In this document: positions 29,737-39,852 of the stretch, piece by piece
Layout: each line of letters opens with the position of its first letter
How positions within the stretch are numbered: position 1 is the first letter of the stretch
Assembly: GCA_902522825.1 (NCBI GenBank)
Contig: CABYXE010000002.1
Span: forward strand, 32,530 to 96,529
Direction: 5' to 3'
DNA from: an uncultured SAR86 cluster bacterium
Lineage (GTDB): Bacteria > Pseudomonadota > Gammaproteobacteria > Magnimaribacterales > AG-339-G14
DNA: 64,000 nucleotides
Position numbers and translations under genes: made by a program
Notes under the pieces: generated by a model
Told to the model about the DNA's origin: nothing
Seen by the model: the letters and a program-made list of their open reading frames with translations, nothing else
Databases searched by the model: none

Positions 29737-30302
29737 TTATTAACTCTGCTCTGATACTCATTAGTTCTTGTATCTACTTTGATTAAGTCTCCTTCTTCTA
29801 TAAACAAGGGGACTTTTACTTCTAAACCATTTGTTAATTTTGCTGATTTTAAAGTGTTAGTTGAAGTATCTCCTTTGAACCCTGGCTCTGTTTCAGAAAC
29901 AGCTATTTCAGCAAAAGTATCAATTTCTACAGAAACTAAAGTATCTTCCCACATTGAAATTTCATAAGTTTCTCCTTCCTTGATCCATAAATTTTTAGAG
30001 CCAAGAAGATTTAAATCAAAACCAATTTGCTCATAATTAATTAAATTCATAAAGATTGCACTATTTCCTTCTTTATAAAGATATTGCATTTCCAATGATG
30101 AAATATCTGCTTTTTCTACTGATTCGCCAGTTTTAAAAGTTTTATCCAGAACACGTCCGTTAAGCAAACATTTATATTTTACCCTCATCACCGCTTGGCC
30201 TTTGCCAGGTTTATGAAAGTTATTTTCCACAATTTCACATAATTCATTTTCAATAATGACTTTTAAGCCAGGTCTAAACTCATTCGTACTTACCTCAGCC
30301 AT
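29733..30302 (-). CDS. efp: Elongation factor P
   Basis: KPGKGQA loop, PGFKGDT, VPLFIEEGD, DTR. Confidence 0.96.
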   Translation of the reverse strand: MAEVSTNEFRPGLKVIIENELCEIVENNFHKPGKGQAVMRVKYKCLLNGRVLDKTFKTGESVEKADISSLEMQYLYKEGNSAIFMNLINYEQIGFDLNLLGSKNLWIKEGETYEISMWEDTLVSVEIDTFAEIAVSETEPGFKGDTSTNTLKSAKLTNGLEVKVPLFIEEGDLIKVDTRTNEYQSRVNK

Positions 30303-30365
30303 TTGAAAACTCCATTTATTTTTTGCTATAAATTAAAAATTATGTTTCAAGGGCGTCTCTATAAG

Positions 30366-30394
30366 TTGCAAATAACGTTTTTAAAATTTAAAGT
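30366..30394 (+). promoter_or_regulatory. Putative sigma-70 promoter of the TonB operon
   Basis: TTGCAA (30366-71), 17 bp spacer, TAAAGT (30389-94). Confidence 0.45.
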
Positions 30395-30400
30395 ACTGCC

Positions 30401-30412
30401 CTACAATTGTAG
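30401..30412. promoter_or_regulatory. Perfect 12-bp palindrome, candidate operator
   Basis: CTACAATTGTAG located at the predicted +1 of the promoter above. Confidence 0.4.
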
Positions 30413-30490
30413 TTTACATAACGATTAGTAAGTTTTTCTGTTTTTTTCTACTTTAAAAAAAACTTAAAAAAATTAGTTTTAGGGGACCCT

Positions 30491-31252
30491 ATGTTAAAAA
30501 ATTCATTCAAGTTTATTTTGCCATTTACGCTCGTTTTCTCTCTTGCTGTTTCTTCTCAATTAGACTCTGTTCTTGAGACAAATAAAGAAAGAACTTCGGC
30601 TGCAACTTCTTCACAAGCAAAAATAGATTCAACACAAATTAAAACCGACAAAGCTTCAACTGAATACAAAAGTGTCAGCAAGCAAATAGAAGGATTAAAA
30701 GTTTATAACGCCCAAAAAAGAAAACAAATCAAAAGGCAAAAAGAACGTATGAAAGAAATTGAAAAAACAATGAAATACGCTTCGGTTTTACAAAGACAAA
30801 TACCTCCATTAGCAAGAAGAATGCATGCAGGTTTAGAGCAATTTGTCGAATTAGACTTGCCTTTCAATAGCGGAGAAAGAACAGAAAGATTAAAATTCAT
30901 AAAGGACGCCCTAGACAACCCAACCGTATCTCCTGCTGAGAAATTGAGACAGGTTTTAGAAGGTTTTAATATTGAAGCTGAGTACGGAAGAAAAATTGAT
31001 ACATATAAAGACACTGTTTTAGTCGATGAACAAGAAAGGGACGTTAATATTTTAAGAATTGGTAGATTGGTTCTTGCTTATCAAACATCAGATCTCGATG
31101 AGACAGGTATTTGGAATAAAGAAACAGGTTCATGGGAAAGTCTTCCTGGAAGATATAGAAGTGTTGTCAGAGATGGCATAAGCATGGCCAAAAAACTAAA
31201 AACTGTTGATATGCTTGAACTTCCTATTCCTGCAGCGGAGGTGGTTCAGTGA
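30491..31252 (+). CDS. DUF3450 family periplasmic coiled-coil protein (TonB2-type operon)
   Basis: Signal peptide; FVELDLPF...ER, EKLRQVLE...EAEYGR, LRIGR; first gene of the exbB-exbB-exbD-tonB operon. Confidence 0.85.
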   Translation: MLKNSFKFILPFTLVFSLAVSSQLDSVLETNKERTSAATSSQAKIDSTQIKTDKASTEYKSVSKQIEGLKVYNAQKRKQIKRQKERMKEIEKTMKYASVLQRQIPPLARRMHAGLEQFVELDLPFNSGERTERLKFIKDALDNPTVSPAEKLRQVLEGFNIEAEYGRKIDTYKDTVLVDEQERDVNILRIGRLVLAYQTSDLDETGIWNKETGSWESLPGRYRSVVRDGISMAKKLKTVDMLELPIPAAEVVQ

Positions 31253-32646
31253 AAAATATAATTTTAAAATCTTTATTTGTCGGGATTCTAACGTTATCTT
31301 CTTTTGGAGCAATTGCGCAGGAAGAAAAACCTCAATTTCAAGCTTTAAGTCTGGATGAACTTTTAGAACTTGTTAAGGCTGGAAAGTTTGCTGAAAGTGA
31401 AGAGGCTACAAAAAGAGAAAATAGGTTTAATAAAGAAAAAAACAGACAGCAAACACTTTTAGCTAACGCAAAAGCTGAAAGAAAAAAATTAGAAGCTATT
31501 GCTACTTCTTTAGAGGCTACTTTTGAAGCTAATGATGCAAAATTAACTCTTCTAGAGGATCAATTAAAGACTAGACTAGGTTCTTTATATGAAACTTTTG
31601 GGCATTTACAAGGTGTAGCTTCTGATACAGAAGATTACTTTAAAACCGCTATAACTTCTGGCCAATTTGGAAAAGAAAGGGAGGAATTCCTAGGAGATCT
31701 TTCTATAAAAATGGGTGAAGGAGTAAGTGTAGCAACAATAGAAGAGATAGAAGAGCTTTGGTATGAACTATCAAGAGAATTAGTAGCTTCAGGAACTGTA
31801 GAAAGATTTCAAGCAACCGTAATTGATAATGACGGGGAGTCTTCAGTAGAAGATGTTGTAAGAATAGGTAATTTCAATGCGGTAGCAGAAGGTCAATATT
31901 TAACGTATTTATCTAAAAGAGGAGCATACGAAACTTTACCAAGGCAGCCAGGAAGATACCTAGATGGAACGTATGATATTTTTGACGAAGATTCTGGGTT
32001 TGTTCAATTTGCTGTTGATCCAACAGGTCCTCAAGGCGGAGCTTTATTAGTAAACTTAATTTCTTTACCTTCGTTTTTTGAACAAATTCAATATGGAAGA
32101 ATTACTGGTTACACAATTATATTATTATTCTTAATAGCTATCGGTGTCTTTGGCTGGCGTTTCTATGCTTTGTTCACTATAAATGGCGCTGTCAAAAAAC
32201 AAGCAGCTGGTGAATCCGCAGCGGAAAATCCACTTTCTAGAATTTTCGCTGTAGCTGATCAAAATAAAACTGACACCGAAACTTTAGAGCTAAAATTAGC
32301 TGAACAGATTTTAATTGAAAGAGCAGAAATAGATCAGTACATATGGGTTGTTAGACTGATTTCAGTAATTTCACCTTTACTTGGTTTATTTGGAACAATC
32401 ATAGGAATGATTAATACCTTCCAAGCAATTACCTTATTTGGTACTGGCGATCCTAAAACAATGGCAGGTGGAATTTCTGAAGCTTTAGTTACGACTATGC
32501 TTGGACTAATGTGTGCGATTCCAGCAACTTTCATGGCAGCGGCATTATCTAATTATTCAAAAGGAATACTTGCTGTTTTAGAGGAGCAGAGCACTGGTAT
32601 GGTAGCTGCAAGAGCGGAAGAAACAAATAGTGGTGGAGCCTTATAG
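31249..32646 (+). CDS. Large MotA/TolQ/ExbB family protein (TtpC-like)
   Basis: Long periplasmic N-domain (VVRIG, VDPT), C-terminal PLLGLFGTIIGMI...GGISEALVTT. Confidence 0.9.
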   Translation: MKNIILKSLFVGILTLSSFGAIAQEEKPQFQALSLDELLELVKAGKFAESEEATKRENRFNKEKNRQQTLLANAKAERKKLEAIATSLEATFEANDAKLTLLEDQLKTRLGSLYETFGHLQGVASDTEDYFKTAITSGQFGKEREEFLGDLSIKMGEGVSVATIEEIEELWYELSRELVASGTVERFQATVIDNDGESSVEDVVRIGNFNAVAEGQYLTYLSKRGAYETLPRQPGRYLDGTYDIFDEDSGFVQFAVDPTGPQGGALLVNLISLPSFFEQIQYGRITGYTIILLFLIAIGVFGWRFYALFTINGAVKKQAAGESAAENPLSRIFAVADQNKTDTETLELKLAEQILIERAEIDQYIWVVRLISVISPLLGLFGTIIGMINTFQAITLFGTGDPKTMAGGISEALVTTMLGLMCAIPATFMAAALSNYSKGILAVLEEQSTGMVAARAEETNSGGAL

Positions 32647-32653
32647 TTAAATT

Positions 32654-33178
32654 ATGAGTTGGTTCTTCAATCTTCAAGACACTCTCTTTTCTTTTCTAGA
32701 AAAAGGAGGAGGCGTAGTCTTGATAATTAGCTTCCTTGTAGTGTTGATGTGGTTTTTTATCTTTGAAAGAATCTGGTACTTTAAATTTATTCATCCTGCA
32801 GTGGAGAAAGAAACAATAGATGAATGGTCTAAGGTTTCAGAACATAAGTCCTGGAAAGGACACATGATAAGATCAATGTTAATTTCAAAAGCAAATCTAA
32901 AAATAAAGAGCAACCTAGAGTTAATAAGAGTCAGCATAGCAATTGCTCCTCTATTAGGCCTATTCGGAACAATTGTTGGAATGATAGAAGTTTTTCATAT
33001 ACTCGCTGTTACAGGTGGAGGGGACGCTAAGGCTATGGCTGGAGGAGTTGCTAGATCTACAATTCCTGCAATGGCTGGATTAATGGCAGCCATACCAGCA
33101 AGTATTGCAGCTAGGTGGTTAGAACAGAATGCAAGGAAAAAATCGGATTTAGTTTCAGAACATTTAACTTATGAGTAA
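32654..33178 (+). CDS. exbB: ExbB proton channel protein
   Basis: APLLGLFGTIVGMIEVF, MAGGVA. Confidence 0.9.
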   Translation: MSWFFNLQDTLFSFLEKGGGVVLIISFLVVLMWFFIFERIWYFKFIHPAVEKETIDEWSKVSEHKSWKGHMIRSMLISKANLKIKSNLELIRVSIAIAPLLGLFGTIVGMIEVFHILAVTGGGDAKAMAGGVARSTIPAMAGLMAAIPASIAARWLEQNARKKSDLVSEHLTYE

Positions 33179-33184
33179 AAGCAA

Positions 33185-33595
33185 ATGAGAAGATCATTAA
33201 TAAGCCAAGCAGTAGAGGAAGCAGAAGAGCCAAACATTACGCCAATGTTGGATGTAGTATTTATTCTTCTAATATTTTTTATTGTTACTGCGAATTTTAT
33301 AAAAGACCCTGGACTTGAGATTAATAGACCAGATTCCGAAACAGCAGAAATCACTGAAAACGCGGCAATTCTTATTGCTATAGGTCCGGCCGGTGAAATT
33401 TACATGGATGGAAGAAGAATCGATGTTCGTCAGGTAAAAGCAAATGTCATTAGACTGATGGCTGAAAACCCTCAGGGAGCAGTTGTCATGCAAGCTGATA
33501 AAAAAGCTACAGCTGAAAAAATAATCGCTGTAATGGATGAAGTTAGAGAAGCTGGCGTTATTGATATTTCAATTGCATCAGAACCTAATTTTTAA
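33185..33595 (+). CDS. exbD: ExbD
   Basis: NITPMLDVVFILLIFFIVT, QADK, VMDEV. Confidence 0.95.
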   Translation: MRRSLISQAVEEAEEPNITPMLDVVFILLIFFIVTANFIKDPGLEINRPDSETAEITENAAILIAIGPAGEIYMDGRRIDVRQVKANVIRLMAENPQGAVVMQADKKATAEKIIAVMDEVREAGVIDISIASEPNF

Positions 33596-34317
33596 TGATT
33601 CAAAACTTAATTAATTATTTCAAAAAACTTTTTCCAATAGATTTGGACTCTATGGTTTTAGAGTCTTCTGAAGATGAAACAAACGTTTATCAAAAATATG
33701 GCGTAGCTGCCGCTGCTGGAACAGCTGTTGCTTTATTCTCTCTTTTTTTAATGGCTTTTTTAATTGCTACGGGAGAAGTTCAATTAGATGAAATAAAAAC
33801 TAGAAAAATTGTTGATATTGTTATGCCTCAAAGAGACCCTGAATTACTTGATAGTGTAGAAAGGCCAGAAGAAGCTGAACCTGAGCCTGATCAAACTCCA
33901 CCCGAAGTAGATATTGAAAACATCGACAATGTCTTAGACGATGCGTTGAATTTGAATTTTAAGTTTAAAGCTAAAAGACAAGGTGTTTTTGCAGATGGAT
34001 CCTATGTTCCAATTTTTCAAGTTCCTCCGCAATACCCCAGAAGAGCTATGGAAAGAGGTATAGAGGGCTGTGTGCTATTGGAGTACACCGTGACAATCGC
34101 TGGAGCTGTATCAAACCCAACAGTAATAAAAGCTATACCGCCAAATTTATTTGATAGGGCCGCGACTCGTGCAGCACTTAGATATAAATATAAGCCTTTG
34201 ATCAGAGATGGTGTTGCAGTTGCAGTAGAAGGAGTTAGACAAAGAATAACATTTGTTTTAGAGTCTGTAGAGAAAGGTCCAGGATATATTCCGGCTAATT
34301 GTATAGGTCAAATGTAA
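33595..34317 (+). CDS. tonB: Energy transducer TonB
   Basis: TM anchor, Pro/Glu linker (PEEAEPEPDQTPP), PQYPRRAMERGIEG...FDRAA...YKYKP. Confidence 0.92.
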   Translation: MIQNLINYFKKLFPIDLDSMVLESSEDETNVYQKYGVAAAAGTAVALFSLFLMAFLIATGEVQLDEIKTRKIVDIVMPQRDPELLDSVERPEEAEPEPDQTPPEVDIENIDNVLDDALNLNFKFKAKRQGVFADGSYVPIFQVPPQYPRRAMERGIEGCVLLEYTVTIAGAVSNPTVIKAIPPNLFDRAATRAALRYKYKPLIRDGVAVAVEGVRQRITFVLESVEKGPGYIPANCIGQM

Positions 34318-35708
34318 TGAAAAATTTAGGAATCATTTTATCTTTTATAATTTTAATTTGTGTTTCTTCAAATTCTTTTGCTCAAGAAAAAAAAGAAGAA
34401 TATAACTTTCCTGGATTTACATTAAAAAAATGTCTCGCTGACTACGAAATAAAGAAGTCGAATAAAAGAAGAGTTGCAAAACTTCCTAGTAGGGCAGCTC
34501 AAAAATATCTCAAGGCTCTTTATCCTGCATTAGAAGCAGATGATCTGGCTTTGGCCAAAGTTACTTTGGATAAAATGAATGCAGATGAAGATATTACTGA
34601 AACCGACAAAGCTCAAATGTACTACTACTATGCTTATGTCTATTTTAGTGAAGATAACTTAAGGAAAGCCAAACAATCTTATAAATATTTTCTACAAATT
34701 GAAGGAGCTGATCCCAGATTAAAATCAAATGTTATTTTTAGCCTAGCTCAAATAGCTTATACCGAAGAAAATTACAAAGAGGCAATAAAATTATTAAAAG
34801 AATGGCTTACCAACGAAGCAAATCCAAGCTCAACAGGCTTCGATATTATCGCTGCATCTCACTGGCAACTTAAGAATAAAAAATTAGCGCTCAAAAATGC
34901 AGAAACAGGATTGTGTGTTGCTAAAGCAAATAAATCCAAACCAAGAGAGTCGACCTATAACCTCTTACTAGCCTTATATAACGAAGATGGCAAAACAAAA
35001 AAAATGCTTTCGCTTTACGAGGAATTAGTAATATTTCATCCTAAGAAAAAATATTGGACACAGTTGTCTGGAATTTATGGTGAACTTAAACAGGAAAATA
35101 ACCAGTTAACCGCTTTAGAAGCTGCATTTGATCAAGGGCTACTGGATAAAAAAAATGAATATACAGCCCTATATCAATTATTAATGAGAGCTGAAGCACC
35201 ATTCAAAGCAGCCAAAGTCATGGATTATGGAATTAAGAACGATTTTGTTAAAGATGATGAAAAGCATTTAAAAATGCTTGCTCAAGGCTGGCATATGGCA
35301 CAAGAACTTGAAATTGCTGAGCCAATATATGAAAAGGCCGCAAAAAAATCAGAAGAAGGCGAGCTTTATGTCTTCTTAGGTCAAATTTACCTTGCTACTG
35401 ACCGATACGATCTTGCAAAAGATACTTTGAAATTGGGATTGAAAAAAGGAAAGTTAAAAGACCCTGTTACGGTAAATATTTTATTGGGACAAGTTTCATA
35501 TGAACAACAAGAATTTGAAGACGCTACCAAATTTTTTAGAACGGCCTTAGATAGATTGACAGATTTAAAAATCAAAGACAAAAAATTGTTAGAAAAAAGA
35601 CAAGACAAACTTAGAGCTCAAGCACTAACTTGGCTTACTTACACCGAAAAAGAAGCAAAAAGAGTCAAAACTCTAGAGTTAAGAAGAAAAGATTTAGAAG
35701 AGAGTTAA
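34317..35708 (+). CDS. Periplasmic TPR protein of the TonB operon
   Basis: Signal peptide, repeated TPR-like helices, last gene of the operon; ATG 34317 overlaps the tonB stop. Confidence 0.85.
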   Translation: MKNLGIILSFIILICVSSNSFAQEKKEEYNFPGFTLKKCLADYEIKKSNKRRVAKLPSRAAQKYLKALYPALEADDLALAKVTLDKMNADEDITETDKAQMYYYYAYVYFSEDNLRKAKQSYKYFLQIEGADPRLKSNVIFSLAQIAYTEENYKEAIKLLKEWLTNEANPSSTGFDIIAASHWQLKNKKLALKNAETGLCVAKANKSKPRESTYNLLLALYNEDGKTKKMLSLYEELVIFHPKKKYWTQLSGIYGELKQENNQLTALEAAFDQGLLDKKNEYTALYQLLMRAEAPFKAAKVMDYGIKNDFVKDDEKHLKMLAQGWHMAQELEIAEPIYEKAAKKSEEGELYVFLGQIYLATDRYDLAKDTLKLGLKKGKLKDPVTVNILLGQVSYEQQEFEDATKFFRTALDRLTDLKIKDKKLLEKRQDKLRAQALTWLTYTEKEAKRVKTLELRRKDLEES

Positions 35709-36190
35709 GATTTTCTTTTATACTTAACTAGATTACAAGAAGTACCACTTTTTTCATCTAAGAAATTATCCTCACTTTCGACTTCCCAAAGACCCCAGTT
35801 TATTTCCGGAAAAAAAGCATCTCCTTTAAAATCTTTTAAGATATGGGTGATAGCAAGAGATGAGGCTATTGGTTCAAATATTTTGTAAATTGCAGATCCC
35901 CCAATTACAAAAACTTCTTCTGATTTTTTTACGAAATTCAAAGCATCTTCCATATTTGAAACCACCTCGATGCCCTCGTGCATAAAATTCGAATCTCTAG
36001 TCATGACTATATTTACTCTATTGGGCAGAGGCTTACCTATTGAATCAAAAGTTTTTCTTCCCATTAAAATTGTTTTGCCAGATGTCAATTCTTTAAATTT
36101 TTTTAAATCCGAGGGAATATTCCAAGGTAGAGAATTTTTATAACCAATAACATTATTAGATGCTATCGCTGCAACAAGTGTAATTTTCAT
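35705..36190 (-). CDS. folA: Dihydrofolate reductase
   Basis: VIG...LPW...DL, MGRKTFDSIGKPLPNR, IGG, GDAFFP. Confidence 0.96.
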   Translation of the reverse strand: MKITLVAAIASNNVIGYKNSLPWNIPSDLKKFKELTSGKTILMGRKTFDSIGKPLPNRVNIVMTRDSNFMHEGIEVVSNMEDALNFVKKSEEVFVIGGSAIYKIFEPIASSLAITHILKDFKGDAFFPEINWGLWEVESEDNFLDEKSGTSCNLVKYKRKS

Positions 36191-36984
36191 TAAATAGCTA
36201 TAGGTGCAGATATTGCAGGATGACTTTCGTAATTTTTAATTTCAATATCTTCGAATTTAAAATCAAAAACGTTTTTAATATCAGGATTTAAGTGCAATTT
36301 AGGAAGACTTATAACTTCTCTGGAAAGTTGAAGTTTTGCTTGGTCTAAGTGGTTTAAATAAAGATGAGCATCTCCAAAAGTATGAACAAATTTCCCCGCT
36401 TTCAAATTACAAACGTGAGCGATCATATGAGTTAAAAGAGCATAAGAAGCAATATTAAATGGCACGCCTAAAAAAATATCTGCACTTCTTTGATATAACT
36501 GACAAGAAAGCTCTCCATTAGCCACATAGAATTGAAAAAGAGAATGGCACGGAGGAAGAGCCATTTCATCTACTAAAGCAGGATTCCAAGCACTAACGAT
36601 ATGTCTACGAGAGTCTGGATTATCATTGATACTATTAATTAAATTCTGTATTTGATCTATAGTTCCGTTATTTCCATCTGGCCAAGAACGCCATTGAGCT
36701 CCATATACAGGTCCAAGATCACCGTTTTCATCTGCCCATTCATCCCAAATAGAAACACCATTTTCTTTTAAGTAAGTAATATTAGTTGAGCCTTGAAGAA
36801 ACCAAATTAATTCATGAATTATAGATTTTAAATGAACTTTTTTAGTGGTAACTAACGGAAAGCCTATAGAAAGATCAAATTCCATTTGATATCCAAAAAT
36901 ACTTAAGGTGCCTGTTCCAGTTCGATCAGATTTTTTCTGACCTTCATTTAATACTTTTTCCATTAGATCAAGATACTGTTTCAT
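36190..36984 (-). CDS. thyA: Thymidylate synthase
   Basis: [40 protein letters not shown]. Confidence 0.97.
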   Translation of the reverse strand: MKQYLDLMEKVLNEGQKKSDRTGTGTLSIFGYQMEFDLSIGFPLVTTKKVHLKSIIHELIWFLQGSTNITYLKENGVSIWDEWADENGDLGPVYGAQWRSWPDGNNGTIDQIQNLINSINDNPDSRRHIVSAWNPALVDEMALPPCHSLFQFYVANGELSCQLYQRSADIFLGVPFNIASYALLTHMIAHVCNLKAGKFVHTFGDAHLYLNHLDQAKLQLSREVISLPKLHLNPDIKNVFDFKFEDIEIKNYESHPAISAPIAI

Positions 36985-37771
36985 TTTTATTTTTGTAGCT
37001 AAGAAAGATTAATATTAATCCAATTAAAACCATTGGTAAGGAAAGTAATTGTCCTCTTGTGATTATATCTAAAAAATCAAAACCTATATGAGAATCTGGC
37101 ATTCTGAAAGTTTCTGTAAATATTCTAAAAAACCCATAAAGAGATAAAAACATCCCGGATATAAAAATTTTTGGCCTAGGTTTTTTTGCAAGCCAATTTA
37201 AAACTAAAAAAAGTACTAAGCCCTCAAAAAATGCTTGGTAAAGTTGGGAAGGGTGCCTACTAAGTTGAAGAGGGTCGCTCCAAAATATCATCCCCCAAGG
37301 TAAATCTGTCGGTCTACCAAGTAGCTCTCCTCCTAAAAAGTTTCCTATTCTTACTAGTCCTAAGCCAATAGGAAAAGCTAAAGCAATATGATCGGAAAGA
37401 TCAAAAAAACTGATTTTAAGTTTTTTGGAAAACATACAAAAAGAAATAAGAACTCCTAAAAATCCGCCGTGAAACGAAAGTCCTCCTTCCCATATTTTAA
37501 AAACAGATAAAGGGTCAATTAATATCTGATTAAAACCATAAAAGAGCATATAGCCTAATCTGCCTCCAATTATTGCTCCCAAAACGCCATAGAATAAAAA
37601 GTCTTCAACATCATTTTTTTTAAAAGCAGTTTTTTTAGAAACGATTTTTTTGGAGTACCAAAGAATGCCAAATATAGCTAAAAGCCATGTGATCCCGTAC
37701 CAATGCACTGGCCACCATCCAAGAAAAGGGAGAGGCAGGTATAAGGCAACAGGGTCTATATTTATGATCAT
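36968..37771 (-). CDS. lgt: Prolipoprotein diacylglyceryl transferase
   Basis: [29 protein letters not shown]; ATG 37771 overlaps the tauE-family stop (ATGA). Confidence 0.95.
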   Translation of the reverse strand: MIINIDPVALYLPLPFLGWWPVHWYGITWLLAIFGILWYSKKIVSKKTAFKKNDVEDFLFYGVLGAIIGGRLGYMLFYGFNQILIDPLSVFKIWEGGLSFHGGFLGVLISFCMFSKKLKISFFDLSDHIALAFPIGLGLVRIGNFLGGELLGRPTDLPWGMIFWSDPLQLSRHPSQLYQAFFEGLVLFLVLNWLAKKPRPKIFISGMFLSLYGFFRIFTETFRMPDSHIGFDFLDIITRGQLLSLPMVLIGLILIFLSYKNKNETVS

Positions 37772-38568
37772 AAAAAAGTAATATAGATAATTCTTAAAGC
37801 GACCAATATAACTAAGCAAGAAAAAGCAATTTTCAAAGAGTTTCCCTCAATTTTATTTGAAATTTTTGCACCCAACCTAGCAAAATAAATACTAGAAATC
37901 CCCGCAATTAATATAGCCGGCACAAATACAGATCCATATACATAATCTATTTGTTTTAATTTTTCCGGAGCAAAAAGAAAAGCTCCGATTAGACCAGAGA
38001 CAGCAAAAAAGAAGCCCATTAAAGAAGAGGTTCCAATTGCTTCGTGCATTTTTAAGCCTCTAAATAAAAAGTAAGGCACCATCAAAATACCACCACCAAT
38101 GCCGACAAAAGAAGTTATTAAAGCTATTAAACCCCCAACGAAAAATAATTCATATTTATTTAATGCATTATTAATATTTTTTGGAGAAAAATTAAATGCA
38201 AGCTGAATAGCTGCTAGTAACATTGAAACAGCAATTATTATCTGCAAACTAGTGCTATCAATTTGAGTAGCAATAAATCTTCCGAAAATAGTTGAAATAA
38301 CTGCAGCAGAAAACATGTATTTAACAATTTTCAGATTTATATTTTTATTTTGATAGTGAGTATAAGCGGCCATAGGAATGGTTATTGCCATCGTCCCCAT
38401 GGATGAACCAGTAGCTAGTAAGGGGATAAATTCAGGTGGAAAATTTAAATAATTAAAAAGAAAAATATACGCCGGCACTAAAATTATTCCACTTCCAATT
38501 CCAAAAAATCCAGATAGTAAACCTGCAAATATTCCAAGTAACATTAAAGGGATGAAAATTTCTATCAT
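37768..38568 (-). CDS. TauE/SafE family (sulfite exporter-like) membrane protein
   Basis: Two GxxGIGxG repeats, AIGTSS; typical position upstream of lgt. Confidence 0.88.
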   Translation of the reverse strand: MIEIFIPLMLLGIFAGLLSGFFGIGSGIILVPAYIFLFNYLNFPPEFIPLLATGSSMGTMAITIPMAAYTHYQNKNINLKIVKYMFSAAVISTIFGRFIATQIDSTSLQIIIAVSMLLAAIQLAFNFSPKNINNALNKYELFFVGGLIALITSFVGIGGGILMVPYFLFRGLKMHEAIGTSSLMGFFFAVSGLIGAFLFAPEKLKQIDYVYGSVFVPAILIAGISSIYFARLGAKISNKIEGNSLKIAFSCLVILVALRIIYITFL

Positions 38569-38623
38569 GAGTAGGCATTATCGCTTATCTCTGACCTCTG
38601 ATAAACTTATGTTTTTTCCAATT

Positions 38624-39382
38624 ATGTGCTTAATCTTGCTTGCTATAGAGCCTACCGAAGAATATAAATTCGTGATGGCTTCAAATAGGGATGAATTCTA
38701 CTCTCGTCCAACAAAGTCTGCCTATTGGTGGGATAATCCAAAAGATTTTCTTGCAGGGAAAGACTTAGAACAAGGAGGTACCTGGATGGGAATTTCAAAA
38801 TCAGGAAAATTTGCAGCCGTGACAAACGTAAGGGAATTTTACGAGAAAGATTATTTAGATAAAAAATTTTTATCACGAGGAGACTTGGTAAAAAATTTTT
38901 TTACAACAACTTATAATATTGACGATTATCAATCTTCTTTAGATTATAAAAACTATTTGGGATTTAATTTAGTTTTATATGATCAAGATAAGGTTAGTAT
39001 CTGTTCGACAAAAGGAAAAGAATTTATTAAAAAAGAAGACAAAACCTTTGTTATTGGAAATAAATCCTTTGGTTCTAATTCAAATAAACTAGATTTAGCA
39101 AAAAAAGATTTTGAACAAATCTTAACTTCATCTTTTTCAACAGATGACTTACTAAAACTAATGCAATCTCCGCAGGAATCGTATGAATTTGATGAAGAAA
39201 AATTAAATAAAAATCATGGTTCCGAATTTTCAGCCAGATTTATTAACTCTTCAATTTATGGAACTAGGTCAACGACAGTAATGACCATAGACCAAAATGA
39301 TCAAGTTGATATTAAAGAGCAGCTATATAATCCAAAAGGAAAAGAAGGAAAAATAAAGCAATTTAATTTTAAAATTTCATGA
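38624..39382 (+). CDS. NRDE family (TANGO2-like) protein
   Basis: MCL N-terminus, NRDEF, GGTWMG, VTN, SRG, YGTRS; start moved to ATG 38624. Confidence 0.92.
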   Translation: MCLILLAIEPTEEYKFVMASNRDEFYSRPTKSAYWWDNPKDFLAGKDLEQGGTWMGISKSGKFAAVTNVREFYEKDYLDKKFLSRGDLVKNFFTTTYNIDDYQSSLDYKNYLGFNLVLYDQDKVSICSTKGKEFIKKEDKTFVIGNKSFGSNSNKLDLAKKDFEQILTSSFSTDDLLKLMQSPQESYEFDEEKLNKNHGSEFSARFINSSIYGTRSTTVMTIDQNDQVDIKEQLYNPKGKEGKIKQFNFKIS

Positions 39383-39852
39383 TGAAAGCAAGTAAAGAAG
39401 GTTACAGGCCAAACGTTGCTATGGTAGTTCTTAATAGCAAAAATAAAGTTTTAATTTGCCGCAGAACAAATACGAAAACATGGCAGTTTCCTCAAGGAGG
39501 AGTCGACAATAATGAAAATTTAGAAAAGGCAATGTATAGAGAACTATTGGAAGAAGTTGGTCTTAGAAAAGATGATGTTCAATATATAGGAGAATCAGAC
39601 GATACAATAATTTATGATATTCCTAAAACAATAAGGTCTAAAGTCTTGGGAGGAAAGTTTAAAGGTCAAGAACAGAAATGGTTTTTACTTAGAATAAAAA
39701 ATGACGATCATGAAATAAGATTAGATTACGAAGCTTTTCCAGAATTTGATACATATGAATGGGTTTCGTTTTGGCAACCAATCGATAGAATAGTGGATTT
39801 TAAAAGAGAAGCTTACCGTAAAGCTTTGAGTGAATTAAGATTTTTAATATGA
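39379..39852 (+). CDS. rppH: RNA pyrophosphohydrolase
   Basis: GYRPNV, WQFPQGG, Nudix box MYRELLEEVG, GQEQKWF, PEFD, VDFKREAY. Confidence 0.95.
   Translation: MMKASKEGYRPNVAMVVLNSKNKVLICRRTNTKTWQFPQGGVDNNENLEKAMYRELLEEVGLRKDDVQYIGESDDTIIYDIPKTIRSKVLGGKFKGQEQKWFLLRIKNDDHEIRLDYEAFPEFDTYEWVSFWQPIDRIVDFKREAYRKALSELRFLI

Noticed and set aside
30303-30490. Fur box, cobalamin riboswitch or sRNA in the efp-TonB spacer
   Set aside because: No GATAATGATAATCATTATC-like site, no B12-box and no GC-rich stems.
30491-35708. Six-gene DUF3450-exbB-exbB-exbD-tonB-TPR operon as a novel system
   Set aside because: Matches the known TonB2/TtpC-type operon organisation of marine gammaproteobacteria.
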